DNA of 64,000 bases. It comes from Phoronis australis. Taxonomy: Eukaryota; Animalia; Phoronida. The notes under the pieces are model-generated. The model worked only from the letters and a program-made list of their open reading frames with translations. It was not told the DNA's origin and made no database searches. The stretch is taken from NCBI GenBank assembly GCA_002633005.1, contig NMRA01000084.1, positions 837,267-901,266 of the forward strand, written 5' to 3'. The position numbers were made by a program, and so were the translations under genes. Shown here piece by piece: positions 1 through 15,300 of this stretch. Position 1 is the first letter of the stretch. Each line of letters opens with the position of its first letter.

Positions 1-85
1 TTCAACTTGAAAATTTATCTGGGATTACCAGAAATTAGTAAGGAAATTTTTTCGCATGTACATGTAAAGCAATTCATTTCCACAG

Positions 86-328
86 CTCTTTCCGGAATGT
101 GTAATGCTAAAGGAAACCGTTACACCGTATCAAATCGAGACTGCACGTGCTTTCACCAACTTGACACGACCAATGGCAATGAAGGATACCACAGATGTCC
201 AGATGGTACCATTTTCAACACAGTAAAATGTGTCTGTGATCGACCAGGAAATACAGTGTGTTATCCAGCTTCCATTGACAAATGTCCTGCGGTTGTCACG
301 ACAACGCCAAAGATGACAACCATATCAG
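86..328 (+). CDS. Chitin-binding domain exon A1
   Basis: ccacag|...|gtatga, 243 nt; CNAKGNRYTVSNRDCTCFHQLDTTNGNEGYHRCPDGTIFNTVKCVCDRPGNTVCYPASIDKCP. Confidence 0.85.
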
Positions 329-3300
329 GTATGAAATCGGCAACAGTAACATTGCACGTGAACTGATGCGTGCTTTTGTCGATATCACTACCATTTAAAT
401 ATTTTTGAGAGAATGAAAATAAAATTTAATTAAGGCTTTTCAAAATCGTGCAGTCCGTGGCATTTCTAAACGTTTGTACTAAGACAATCAGAATGAAATA
501 ATGTAGCTGTTACATGTTTACTCTGACATTAAAGAACAATAGCGCACACAGTGTCGTGACATTTCTATCAATTTTATTTGCAGCCGTAGGTGGTACTAGT
601 GTTAGTGTTAATAAGGGTGCTATGGTAATACCAATTATGTCCGCTAAGAATTTATGTTAGTGCGCTTTCGGTGTCATATTGATGTTCTTATAGTGCTGAA
701 ATCTGAAATGGTTATGGTTGGGCTTTACGACTTAATGAATCACGAAGCTTTCATTATCACGCGCTCGAGCATGTTCTAGAAATCGGGTTTGCAAAGGTGA
801 AGGCTGGATGTGCACCATTTGTTTTTGGGTGGCATTTAAATGTCGATGGAGTATGTTAGAAAAGCTATGTCTGTAGAAGTTACCTTTGTGTCGCTACAGT
901 TAATTGAATAGTGTCGCTGGAACCGTTATTCTTGCAAACCTCCACGACACGTGTTTTTGTGAAAACACCGTGGTTAATCTCCATTGTCAGGGCCACCACG
1001 CAAAACAGAAAAATTATTCAAACTGTAATGTTTTCGCTGTCCAATCAGAAACCTGTGCTCGGAAAATCGAGGGTGACCAGGTCTATAGTTGGCCTCGATA
1101 ATCAGCGATGCCTGAGACTAATAAAAGCATTATCATCATTACGTGGTGCCTGTGGTAAGCTACCGGAGATATACCGGGACTATAACAAAAAATTTTATTG
1201 AAAATTATCTATGCTTCTGCCTCTCATATTGTACCGATTTTTTTACCCGAATTCAGTGTTTTAGGTTGTGTCCTGGCCTGTCCTAATACAAGCTATAAAT
1301 TGTTATGGAGTAAAGGTCAATGCATAGGAATGAAATATAACTCCACATGGAAAACCTGTTCTCATATAATGAGGTTTGTTGCCCAAGCAAATACACAAAC
1401 GATTTGATTGCTCACATTTTGATCCCCGTTGACTTTTCCCTGAAGCTGCCTGAGGTCAGATTTACTTTTAATCTTTATTCACAATAGCATTAAAACCCGA
1501 CGTCGAACTCTTGCTTGTCAATTTAAAACATTCTAACGTTCAACATTGTGGATGCCGTCGTTTCCAACAAATTTCGCGTGGAGTTCTTGACAAGATTAAA
1601 CAATCTCGAAACCCCTTGCACGGTAAATGTCCCATTTCTACCAGCCATTATCGTTGATTGTTCCGTGTTCTTCTCCTGTACCTTTATGCTCTCATCCTAC
1701 TGTTCCTCGAGCCTGATGACACCCGTTTATATGTTCATTCACCAATATGCTAACTAGGTGTCCCCAGTACCCGATGTTCCCCAAGCCTGATAATCCCTTC
1801 ATCCGTTAATTCAGTTTTTGTGCAACATCTTGGTATGAATCATTTAAATAAGTCTATGAGCGATAAAAGCGACACTTTACAAGACAGTTGGAAATGAGTG
1901 GAAATCTATCGTCTATTAAAAAGGGGGCGAATGCAAATTTGAACTGGGTTTTGACCGGGGAAGGAGTTTTTTTTTCTGAGAACACAAAGGGGCATGTTCT
2001 CGCCGTGACCTTCTTGGCTGCGGTAGTATTGTTAGTCACAGGCGACAGACATTTCCATCTTCTTTCGCCTTTAACATGTCTCAGTTTTTAGATCAGTCGT
2101 AATTACTATACATGAGACTGGAAAGGCCGCTACTGTGAAGTTTGTTTCTAAATCTCGAATAATGGCCACTGACTGTTGAATATACGCTATATGATAAATT
2201 AATAAACTTCGCAGGGACAGCTGTATTTGCTTAAACACAAGAAAAATATGGTGAGAATAAACGTTTACTGGTGAACACCAAAGTTTTGCTGATAGACGAT
2301 TAACAAAAAAAAAACTTCCGGCATCCCGGGATAAAAAATTGGAATCACACCCAAATGGGGCTATTCGGAGAATTCTCCTCGCGGTGTCGCTGCTGTACTA
2401 GTGGTGATTGAATTGCGCATGCGTGGCTGTCTGCATGTGAACAACTGGTAAAAGATGGAATTTTTATCAAAATACGTCGTCGCGCTAAGCCTTATTACTG
2501 TTAATTTCCCTGGTGCAAGTCTTTGACAGGTGGCCACAAATTCCCAAAAGACCTAAGGTTACTATATTCGTGGACAACTGCGGTCAACAGGGTCAACTAA
2601 CTGACAAAAAGTGTGTGGATGCTGAAGCCCCGTGTGTGCTCGGACTATGCAGTTCCATTCGGAGACTACACAACATTACTTGGTAAGTTTTTAGCAATCA
2701 GTTTCTATCAACATCGTTCGGTGATGTTATCCCCACCAGTTACCCCACTGAATAACAGTTTTATTGAGTGGAACTAAGTGTTTCTTTTTGGAAACTCACC
2801 CGATGCCGGGTAGGCTAGCAGCACATATTCATATTGTCCTGGGTGGGAGTGCTCCCAAAATAAGAGGTGTATGGTACGAGATGCACAGAAGTCAAGAGTG
2901 ACTTTTTCACAGCAGTTTCTCTTCAAAACTATGCTGTTTCCAATAAAATTCTCTAGATGAGTGAGTTTCCTTATTTTATCGTGGACCCCACCCCCAGGAC
3001 CACCAGCTCAGTTATCGAATTAACATGAATAAGCCTTAATTCAGTAAATGTCGTAACATTGCATTGGAAAAAAATTGACACCTAGAATGAATTTTACTTG
3101 TTGAGATCAGAAGCACATTTTAAGTGTCATGAAAAATACACATTGTTAAATCACTTTTAGCCTGTTTCACATATCTTAATTCAGATATTAAATAAGACTT
3201 GGGTACAAAGGTTATTAGTTTCTACACATAAACATGAAGATGAAATGTCAAGTATGTTCTGCCTTACAAAAGTAGTTTTGTCTTGTCTTTTCTTTTACAA

Positions 3301-6300
3301 TTTGCTAATATTTCTATTCTGTTACAGGCAAGAAAAAACAACTGAAACCAACCGCCTGACCATCTATTTCACCGTTGGACAAAGTGAAAAGCAATCCTTC
3401 AGCAATAACCTGAGAGAATTGAACGTAATTCAGAAATTCAGCACCTGATATGCCTGATTATGGACTCCCTCGCAATGTTGTTTCTTTCTGTGCTTTTTCA
3501 GTTTGCCATTTGTTTTTAAATACACTGATAATTGTTTATTCTCGAATCTTGTGCATAGCAGATTCTTATCCAGCTAGCTACAATTGAAAACATACAATAA
3601 GACAATCGATGCAGTCACTGAATGTCATTTCCCCATAATCTGTACCAAATTGAAAAGTTTTTACCAATAGTATAAAGCCTTTCTTCTGAAAGGAAAATTT
3701 AATGTCACTCAGCTTTTGGCTTTCATTTCACTGGGTTCTAGTTTCAATGGCCTATAGAAGCGCTTGTAAAAAAGGTCCAGTTTCAACACGTGGCTTTCTT
3801 TCATGTAACCTCATTCAGCCTCAATAACATCCACAATTAGACCCTTGAAGGTAAACACAGCAGCATATCACTTGAATCGTTTTGAGCCCAAAATCAGACT
3901 CTGAACTAGACCAGAGTGTGACTAGGTCTTCTTTAGCTTCAGTCCCTCATGTTTCTTCCAGGAAAGGAAATAAGCTATTGTCCACACATGACTCATTGCC
4001 TATGAAAGGGCATCCTCACCAACAAGGCTTATTTGTGTAGCAGTCAGATATAGTTCGTCTGGATACACAGACACTCCACTGGCACATTGTCTTATGGTAA
4101 CTTAGTACTGCGATTCACATTTCTCCAGGGCCACTGACTTGCACATTGTGCCATGCAGCACTGCTGGTGTGTGGAAGTGCTGTGGGAAGAGAACGGAGTA
4201 ACAAAGCTTGTCTATGATACAGCTTGAAGTGGCCTTAAAATGTCACTGAACCTGGAACAAATATTGAAATATGAATAATTAAGTACTCCAGATTGGATCA
4301 AAAATGTTATCCCTGTTTTTCAAAAATATATGGTGATTGGTCTACAGTTTCACATAAAAGTAAATAATTACTATTTTCAGAAACCAAGGGTGTATATAAT
4401 GAGTATTGCATAAAACTGTGTCTTTATTTTTTATCCCTAGCCATAACAATTCTTTAAACGCATCACTTGTCTGTAAAATATACAAGTTTTTTGAGACAAC
4501 TTCAAACCTTTGTTACCCATTTTCAAGCCTTTTTAATTTTGATACTTTCAGCAATTTTAAACTCAGATTACAGGTTCATGGGTCTGTCAAGCATACTTCT
4601 AGCCTAAGGTTGAGGGAACCGTTTTTCTTCTAATAGAAGATATGAAGACTTGGGTCATTTAAAAATGATGGATAATCTTTCTGTTGTTTAAGAGTAATTA
4701 CAAATCGTAAGGCACCATCAAAAATGCAATTTTCACAAAAATGGCAGTCATTTGAATTTATAACGACTTGCAACATTTCAAGGCATGAGTTAAGACTATT
4801 CAGTCACTGTGAATTCGGAAAATGTAATATATTTTCGTGGTTTTACAATTGATACAAGTAGCAAAACAGTTTCATGAAATCAACTTGAAGGGACTTCGTG
4901 AAGGTTAAGAATTACCTCACCATGCTCTTTTCCCCAAACATGTATTACCTGTTATTTCCACACATTCAGTTGTACCAAATATTACAACCCCCCATGCCAA
5001 TCCCCCCTCGGGACCTGAATAAGTAATTTAACAAAATGACTTTAAAAATAGCTGTTCCTTTTCAAAGGCTTTGTTCGTTGTCTCCAATATTGAAAGTAGG
5101 CTTTGACAACAGATCTGCACTGGATGGGAAGATCTTGTTGGTTAGCTGCAGTCAAATGCTAAAAACCAATTTTTGTCCATTCAGGGACGGTGCAGAAGCG
5201 ATGCATATCTCCTCTGCACGGTACAAGCCTTCAAACCTAAAAACCAAAGGTTACGTGAAAACTGACGTGATAGATTTCCATTTCAACGTGTAATAGATTT
5301 CCAGAAGACATATGATAGGGAGTAAACAAATAGTCTAATGCAATGGATATTTATCACTCACGTACCCTTTGCCATTGGGATTGGATTGTAATCTTAACTC
5401 ATTAACCTGTATCGAGTTGACAGCATAAACATTCAGCATTGATTGATGTAACTGTCACTGATAAACTTTTAGAAATCATTCCAAACAATAATAATGCTTT
5501 GATGTACGAAAAGATCCCGATTGCTACGTCAAGTATCGTATCACATATCACAACATACAAAGATTAACCAGACTCTGGCTGGCGACTGACTGCCGCGAAG
5601 TCGACATCGGCGAGTGCCTCAGTTAACAGGCATCGGTAGAATAATCATGGAATAATCGTTAAAATAATCACAAACCTTACCTTTGTATGAGGTCGTGCTT
5701 ACTTCCTCTCATAGAAGCACCCTTTTTACGCAATCTCAGATTCAGTTGGCACGGCTGCAAGCCATTTCACCATGTATTTAAAGGGCTCGCGAAATCGAAG
5801 CTGTTAATCTATCACCACTAGTACACGCACGCCCTCTAGTGATTGTGGATTTTCCGAATAGCCCCATTATAACGGAACCAGCAAGCACCGATCAGCGGAA
5901 GCTTCGGGAAGAGGGAAGCAACAGGACCTAAAAGTTTTGAGCCGGAGAGACGTCTGAACGGGAAAACATAAGACGGGGGATCATTGGTCATGGAAAGCAA
6001 CAGTAGCGCACCTGGTAATACGGGGACAGGAGAAACTTTAATGGAGAGCTGTGGGCAGACACAAATAGAGGAGAAGGATACAATTATGAGCCTGGACAAG
6101 GGGTACCAAATTCATTTTTAATCAATAAAAAGAAAATATCTCAAAACTAAAATTAAAGTGAAATTTTGCTGCGTCCGTTTATGAAAATATTTTGCGATTT
6201 TGGCCGTTTTGTATTTTATAAAATGTGTTGACTGGCTGTGGCAACAAAGTTCAACCAAATTCACGTAAGCGTTAAAACACACTCTGAAAAGATCAACCTG

Positions 6301-9300
6301 GATCTTCAAAAGGGATTAAATTTACCTTTTGAGAGTAGTCTGAACACAAGTACGAGGAGTATCACTAACTATTGTCCACCCGCCCTCTGGTGGGCAACCA
6401 GTAATATGTACAAAGTCAGCCCAGTAATTACGTTCGGTGTCTGGACATAGCCATGTTTGGACATGTTTTTGTCAAATTCTAGGAATTCTTGCATTTCCCA
6501 ATCAAGTTAATCCTGATTGGTCAATGTAGTGTATTTAAGACGATTCATCACGAGCTCGGAGTCATCCAGTTGCAGAGCCGTAGGAACTACATCAGAGAAA
6601 GATCAATGCTTTACCTTCCTTAGCTATCGTAACTCTCAGGCTTTGTACCGAGATAGCTATTTCTCTCAAGAAATGTGCTATGCACTCGTTAGCAGCAACT
6701 TCTTATTCACTTTCGTAAGTATCGGACTCGAAAAATCTGGGAGCTGTGGTCTAGCATCGCCTCCATTGCGACAGAAAAAGTAACAATCCTTCTGATCAGA
6801 AATAAAGGCTGCCCATATTCGTTCTTAAAACAAGTAAGATGTCGTTACGTTACAGGCAGTGGCAGTACAGCTGGCGGCAGCAGTGCTGGTGTTTCAACAT
6901 CGAAGACGTCACCAACTTCATCATCAGGTATTTCTCTTATTATTTATCGTTCCTATTGCAATAGTGTCCTAATTTTAAGAAAGTCACTGCTAGAATTTTC
7001 TGTACATTTTTGACTTTGGAATTATAACCACAAAAATAAATTTCACAATGTACACTAAGACGATCCCTTTAAAAGACTTTGACAATACAGGTCAATGGTA
7101 GGTGTGATTGATTCGTCTCGAGTTGGCGTAATACTCAAGAAAATAATTTTGTTCATGAAGGTAGGGGTAAAATGGTTAGTGTTTGAAGTACATAACTACA
7201 GCAGCATTAAACTATACTTGTATCAGTAGCATATTTGTTAATATAATTTGTTGTTCTGCAATTGTCCGTCGATTGCATTGAAGCTGGTCTGGACTTTACC
7301 GTTTAGTAGTTTAATCGAGCACAAAATCGTTTCCACAGGCGGAAAAGGAAATTGCGAAGAAAATGGAAACCGCTACACCATCTCAAATCGAGACTGCACG
7401 TGCTTCCATCAGCTTGACACAACCAATGGCAATGAAGGATACCACAGATGTCCAGATGGTACCATATTCAACACCGCCAAATGTGTCTGTGATTGGCCAG
7501 GGAATACTGTGTGTTATCCTGCTTCCACGGACAAATGTCCTCTGGTTGTAACAACACCAAAGACGCCCAGAGCATCCACGTCAGGTGAGGAATTTATTCT
7601 GTCATCTCTTGCATCTTTGGTAAGGTGCCTTCTTTGAGGATAGCAAATGTTTATGGAAAAAAATTCTCTTTTCTCCAATACTGTCTCCAAGCTCTATGTA
7701 ACAGTTAACCCATTCTCTGTTCCTCATTCCAAAATTCAACAATTTAACTGACATGAACTATTTTGGTCAATGGCAGAGGTGCCGGCATTGACTTTGTTAC
7801 GACACCGTTGCATAACGACGACAACAACCATTCCAAGGTGTATAAACTCCCCAAGAACGTCTAATAGTACACACCTGTGCATATAAATTTAACCAAACCA
7901 ACATTTTCACTCAATACTTGCATCCATGTGTCATTTGATCTAATTATTACGCTTAAAATAATATTCTTTTTCTGATAGCAATTTTCACGTATCTGTTAAC
8001 AAATGTTAAGTCATCCGAAATGAACTGTTCATATTCGATTTTGTAAATTTTCGAATGTTATGTTTTAGGTAGTGGTAGTACTCAAGGTGGCGGCACTGGT
8101 GGTGTCACAGCCACACCCAAGGCGTCAACGTCTCCATCATCAGGTATTTGATTAATTGTTTTATGAGAGTTAGAGCACAGTATTGATACGAAAACCTGGT
8201 TTTCATTAGAATTTACTTTGGTGACTCTTGGAGTATAACGAACACAAATTTTGATTCTCTCATGAGAACTCCAGATAGCTTACTTATTAAATTCGTCCAT
8301 CACGCTCTCAAGCGTCATAATGTATTATCCTGTTTGAAACGTGGCACCTAACAATGTTCTGTCTTGTACATGATATACTTGGGGCCTGTGGCCATGTGTA
8401 TATGTCGCAATAAATCAAATAAAAATAACGAACACTCGCAAAACGAGTAATTTTGGGACAACTTTTTTCAATATTGCTGCAATTACAGTTTTCTAAGGTT
8501 TAAAGCTATGTTCACAAGTGCCAGGTTTTGTAAACAAATGACCCTTCGTGGCAATTGTGACCAGTTCTCAACCTGAAAAGAATAATTTACTCATATATTT
8601 TGGGAGTGATACAAACTAACATTGTTATCAGAGATAAAAATATAAATTGTCGTTACGTCACAGGCAGTGGCAGTACAGTTAGCGGCAGCAGTGGTGGTAT
8701 TTCAACATCAAAGACTTCAACAACTTCATCATCAGGTATATCTCTTACTATTTATCGTACCTGTTTTTAAGAATGTCACTGCTAGAATTTTCTGTTCAGA
8801 TTCTTGACAAAATTGATTTCTTCAAGATCACTAGTGGATGAGAATGTTACTCAGGGTCTCCCAATATTTTTTATCAAGACCATTTGTTTATTGTCACTGC
8901 CATACATCAATTCCCATAATGATTTTTGACTTTGGAATTATAATCAACACCATGAATTCCATAATGTACATGAAAGAAATCTTTTTAAAAAAAATGACAA
9001 TACAAAGTCAAAGGTAGGTGTGACTGATTCGTCTCGAGTTAGCGAAATACTCATGATAAAGTGCTGTTCAAATAGGTAGAGGTAAAATTGATAATGTTTG
9101 ACGTGCATAACTGCAACAGATGCAAGCCATACTTGTATCAGTGCCATATTTTATGTTGTTATGAAACTGTCCGTCTACTGCAATGAAGTCGGTTTGGACA
9201 TTAGTAGTTTATTCGGGTATAAAAATCGTTTCCACAGGTGGAAAAAGATATTGCGAAGAAAATGGAAACCGCTATACCATCTCAAATCGAGACTGCACGT

Positions 9301-12300
9301 GCTTCCATCAACTTGACACTACCAATGGCAATGAAGGATACCACAGATGTCCAAAAGGTACCATATTCAACACCGTGTTATGTGTCTGTGATTGGCCAGG
9401 AAATACTGTGTGTTATCCCGCATCTACGGACAAATGTCCTGTGGTTGTAACAACACCAAAGACTCCAAGAACAACATCGAAGACTTCACCAACTTCATCA
9501 TCAGGTATTTCTTTCACTATTTATCGTTGCAAAAGTGTCCTATTTTTAAGAAAATGACTATAACTTTCTGTACATTATCTGACCTTGGAATTAGAACCAT
9601 CACCATGAATTTCGTAAGGTATATGAAGATAATCCCTTTAAAAGACTTTGGCAATACAAGTCAGCGGTAGGTTTGACATGATTCGTCTCGAGTTGTCGTA
9701 ATACCCATGATAAAATGTTGTTCACGTAGGTAGGGGTAAAATCGATAGTGTTTGACGTGCAAAAATGTAGCAGCTTTAAACTGTACTTGTATCAGTGGCA
9801 TATTTGTTATGTTGTTATGCAAATGTCCGTCTATTACTTTGAAGTGGGTTTGGACCTTACGGGTTTGTAGTTTATTCGAGTACAAAATCGTTTCCACATG
9901 TGGAATAGGGTATTGCGAAGAAAATTTAAAACGATATGCCCTCTCAAATCGAGACTACACGTGCTTCCATCAACTTCACATTTGTCGTCACATAACGACG
10001 ACAACTACCATTCCAAGGTGTATAAAGTCCCCCAATAACGTCCAATAGTATACACCTGTGCTTGTAACTTTAACCAAACAAAAATTTTCATTCAATACTT
10101 CCATCATTTGAGCTAATGATTACGCCCAAAATCATAGTTTTTTTGTGATAGTGATACTCACGTATCCGTTAACAAATTTTAAGTCATCCGAAATGAATTG
10201 CCCATTTTCAATTTTATAAATTCTGGAATGTTATGTTTTAGGTAGTGGCGGCACTGGTGGTGTCACAGCCACACCCAAGGCGTCAACGTCTCCGTCATCA
10301 GGTATTTAATTTATAGTTTCGTGTGAATTAGAACAGCTTATTGGTACGAAAATATGTTAATTATTAGAATTTACCATGGCGACTGTTAGGAATAACGAAC
10401 ACTCCCCAATTGAGTATTTTCGGGAGTTATTTTATGAAAATTGCTGCAATTGTAGTTTTCTGAAGTTGAAAGCTGTGTTCACAATTGACAGGTTTCGTAA
10501 ACAAATGACTTCACGTGACAATGTTTACCAGTTTTAAACCTGGAAATAGTGATTTACTAATTTTTATACAGTGATGCAAAATGACACTTGTTATCAGAGT
10601 TTAAAACAAGTAAATTGTCGTTACGTTACAGGCAGTGGCAGTACAGTTAGCGGCAGCAGTGGTAGTGTTACGACATCGAAGACGTCACCAACTTCGTCAT
10701 CAGGTATTTGTGTTATTATTTATCGTGACTGTTACAGCACAATCGTGGTTTATAAGGAAATGACTGCTAAAAACTTCAGTCGAGACTCTTGAGGAAATTG
10801 ATCAGAGTCTGATTCCATCTTAGATAGTGGTTTGTAAAGACCCCGTCTCATAACGGCGACAGTGACAATTCCACGGTGTATTCACCTATTTCACGAAAGC
10901 GCCATCTTCCTGCGCCATCTTTAAATACTGATCGAAAACGAGGCACACTGATAAAACCTCGTGAGTGATCATCAGCTGGCCATGGTGTACTGTGCAGTGC
11001 CTGAACGTACCAATTACAGTAATATCTCGTCGGTATCCTTCCCAGGGATATACTTAGCCTCTCGCCCAGTCGCCAATGCGAGTAAAAATGGTGCTGGGCG
11101 AGTAGAAGTTGACTTGCCGGTCGCCCGGTGGCGAGCGAATTTCAGAGCGCAAAAGCACTTTATATCGTTTCCCAGATGAATATGAATAATTTTCCTCCTC
11201 CTTGTGCTGTTTTTATCATGAATTTAAGGTTCAGTTTGGTCATCGTGTCGATGCTCCGGCAGTAAAAAACATCGGCGCAGTGCGAACCTACCGATTCAGT
11301 ACATGTCTCCCGTTACGCGATTCGTCAGAAAAACACAGTGTGTGGTCGTGCACAAAGAATTTGTGAACTAGTCCGAAACGAAGAAAAGGGGAGAAAGGTG
11401 GAAGACCGGTCCATGTGCTCATAGCAAATAAAATACCATATTTCTTGGAACTGATTTCTTATTGTAATGTACAATGTCATTTTAGCCAAAATTATTTTTA
11501 TAACATTCGTCCTAATAAGCGCCCATGCCCCTATAAGCGTCCCTACTCGTTTTCAGACTTCGCTAAAATAAGCGCCCAGTCCATGAATGTGTATATATCA
11601 GTGCGAAAAATGTCTTACCTCACAGTTCTAAAATTGTACAGTAAATGTATTCAATTTATCAATAATATCCGACAGTTCTGAAAAATCATTGCGCGCGTAA
11701 TTTCTAGTAGACCACGAGCCTCGCCGCTATGTCGGTATTTAGCCGTGGCTGTACACTTCAAACCATTCCGCAGTGCTTCAAAAAGAACGCAAAAGATTTG
11801 CTGATCTCACCTTGCGAGGAAAGTGTCACACTACATCGTCTGGCCCTGATCAGAACAGACGCAGCGTACTCAGGTCAACGGGATTGGTATTGTATCTTTC
11901 CCGTACAGATCTTCTCCCACAACAGGAATCCAGATTGTTTTGTACACGAAAAANNNNNNNNNNNNNNNNNNNNNNNNNNNNNNNNNNNNNNNNNNNCGAG
12001 TAGATTTTCTGGCTCCGGCACTCGCCCAGCTGGCGAGCAGGGTTTTTCAAGACTAAAAGCCTGGGTATATCCCTGACTTCCACACTTTTTCAAAAGAGGG
12101 AAAACTACTAAGGAATGGCTGAGGAGGGTAAAAGTCTAGTTGCCGTAAGTATTGGTATGTTTTTGGAGATCGATTCAACATCAGACAACTTGATTTTTGG
12201 TAACGTTGATAAGTCTTTTGACCACAACACCTTGCAGGACGATGCCATGTTTGTCAAGGCGCCTCGTTTTCGATCAACACGACAGCAGCGCCCCGCGTTC

Positions 12301-15300
12301 GTGAAAGAAGTGAATCAACTCTTGAATAATGTTCAATAATGTACATGCATGTCAATTTATTCAAACAACATTTTCATTCAGCACTTTCTTGCCAGATGTC
12401 ATTTTGGCTAATTACTACTACCAAAATAATAACTTTCTTGTTGTAATACTACCATACCAGTTACTAAATGTTTCATTATCAGAAATGATTTCCCATATTC
12501 GATTATATAAATTCTCGAATGTTATGTTTCAGGTAGTGGTAGTACTCAGGGTGGCAGCACTGGTGGTGTCACGGCCACACCCAAGGCGTCAACGTCTCCA
12601 TCATCAGGTATTTGATTAATAGTTTTGTGTGGGTTACAGCAGCATATTGATACGGAAAGTCTGTTTATCATTATAATTTACTACGGTTACCCTTGTGGAA
12701 TAACAAAAACCCGAAAAACGAGTAATTTTTGGATATTTGTTTTCAAAATATCTGCTATTACCTTTTTTGACGTTTGAAGCTGTGTTCACAGGTGGCCAGG
12801 TGGCAGGTTTCGTAAACTAATGACGCTACATGGCAATTGTGACAGGTTTTCAACTTGAAAAGAATGATTTACTAATGTTTATGCAGTGATACCAAATGAC
12901 ATTGTTATCAGAGATAAAAATTTAAGTTGTCGTTACGTTACAGGCAGTGGCAGTACAGTTAGCGGCAGCAGTGCTGGTGTTTCAACATCGAAGACGTCAC
13001 CAACTTCATCATCAGGTAGTTCTCTCTTATTATTTATCGTTCCTGTTGCAAAAGCGTCCTATTTTTAAGAAAGTCATTCCTATAATTTTCTGTTCACATT
13101 CCTGACAGAATTGATATCTTCAAGATGCCTTGTGGATGAGAATGTTACTCAGGGTCTCGCACTATTTTTGATCAATACCCATTTGTTTATCGTCAGTGCC
13201 ATACATCAATTTCCCATCATGAGTTTTGACATTGGAATTGTAACCAGCACCATGAATTCCATAATGTACACGAAGAAAATCCTTTAAAAAAGTTTGACAA
13301 TACAAAGTAATTGGTAGGTGTGTCTAATTCGTCTCTATTTAGCGAAATACTCATGATAAAGTGTTATTCAAATACGTAGGGGTAAAATTGATAGTGTTTG
13401 ACAAGCCTAACTGCAACAGCTCCTAGCCGTACTTGTATTTGTGGCATATTTTTATGTTAATATGAAAATGTCCGTCTATTGCATTGAATTGGGTTTGGAC
13501 TTAACAGCTTAGTAGTTTATTCGGGTAGAAAATCGTTTCCACAGGTGGAAAAGGATATTGCGAAGAAAATGGAAACCGCTATACCATCTCAAATCGAGAC
13601 TGCACGTGCTTCCATCAACTTGACACGGCCAATGGCAATGAAGGATACCACAGATGTCCAGATGGTACCATATTCAACACCGCCATATGTGTCTGTGATT
13701 GGCCAGGGAATACTGTGTGTCATCCCGCTTCCACGGACAAATGTCCTCTGTCTGTAACATCACCAAAGACGCACAGAACATCCACGTCAGGTGAAAAATT
13801 TATTCAGCCATCTTCTACATCTTTGGTAAGGTGTCTTTATTTGAGGATATCTAATGTTAATTGAGAAATTTCTCTTTTCCAAATACCGTCACAGACATCG
13901 ATGTAACAGTTAACCCGTTCTTTGAAACAGTTCCGTTATCCAAAATTAAATAATTTATCTGACATGCTCTTCAACACTGTTTAGATCAAGGGCAGAGGTG
14001 CTGGCCGTAATTTTGGAAAGACGCCGTCACATAACGACGACAACTACAATTCCAAGGTGTATAAAGTCCCCCAATAACGTCCAATAATATAAAACTGTGC
14101 TTGTAAATTTAACGAAACAAACATTTTTATTCAATACGGATGGAAATCCGTATGTCATTTAAGCTAATGATTACGCCCAAAATCATATTTTTTGTGATAG
14201 TGATACTCACGTATCCGTTAGCAAATTTTAAGTCATCCGAAATGGATTACTCATATTTGATTTTATCAATTCTCGAATATTATGTTTTAGGTAGTGGTAG
14301 TACTCAAGGTGGCGGCACTGGTGGTGTCACGGCCACACCCAAGGCGTCAACGTCTCCATCATCAGGTATTTGATTAATAGTTTTTCGTGAGTTACAGCAG
14401 CATATTGATAGGGAAAGTCTGTTAATAATTATAATTTACTACGGTTACCCTTGTGGAATTTCAAAAACCCGAAAAACGAGTAGTTTTTGGGATTTTTTTC
14501 AAAATTGCTGCAATTACCATTTTCTGAGGTTGAAAGCTATGTTCACAGGTGGCAGGTTTTGTAAACAAATGACCCTTCGTGGCAATTGTGACCAGTTCTC
14601 AACCTGAAAAGAATAATTTACTCATATATTTTGGGAGTGATACAAACTAACATTGTTATCAGAGATAAAAATATAAATTGTCGTTACGTCACAGGCAGTG
14701 GCAGTACAGTTACTGGCAGCAGTGGTGGTGTTTCAACATCGAAGACGTCACCAACTTCACCATCAGGTATTTTTTTACTATTTAGCGTTCCAATAGTGTC
14801 CTATTTTTAAGAAAAAGACTATAACTTTCTGTACATTTTCTGACATTGGAATTATAACCACCACTATGAATTTCTTAGCGTTTATGAAGAAAATCCCTTT
14901 AAAAGACTTTGACAATACAAGTCAACGGTCGGTTTGACTTGATTCGTCTCGAGTTGTAATACTCGTGATGAAATGTTGTTCACTTAGGTAGGGGTAAAAT
15001 GGATAGAGTTTGACGGGCATATATACAGCAGCTTTAAACTAAACTCGTATCAGTGGCATAATTGTTATGTTGTTATGCAAATGTCCGTTTGTTATTTTGA
15101 AATGGGTTTGGACCTTACGGTTTTGTAGTTTATTCGAGTACAAAATCGTTTCCACAGGTGGAAAAAGGTATTGCGAAGAAAATGGAAACCGCTATACCAT
15201 CTCAAATCGAGACTGCACGTGCTTTCACCAACTTGACACGACCAATGGCAATGAAGGATACCACAGATGTCCAGATGGTACCATATTCAACACCGCCATA

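Larger units (their letters stand above)
2357..5865. mobile_element. Decayed ISL2EU-type (PIF/Harbinger superfamily) DNA transposon
   Basis: TIRs GGGGCTATTCGGA...TCCGAATAGCCCC with AT target duplication (2355-56, 5866-67). Internal IR TGTACTAGTGGTGAT. Convergent THAP (+) and SAP/YqaJ (-) remnants. Confidence 0.85.

Noticed and set aside
11729-12093. ORFs spanning the N run
   Set aside because: Artefacts of the assembly gap at 11954-11996
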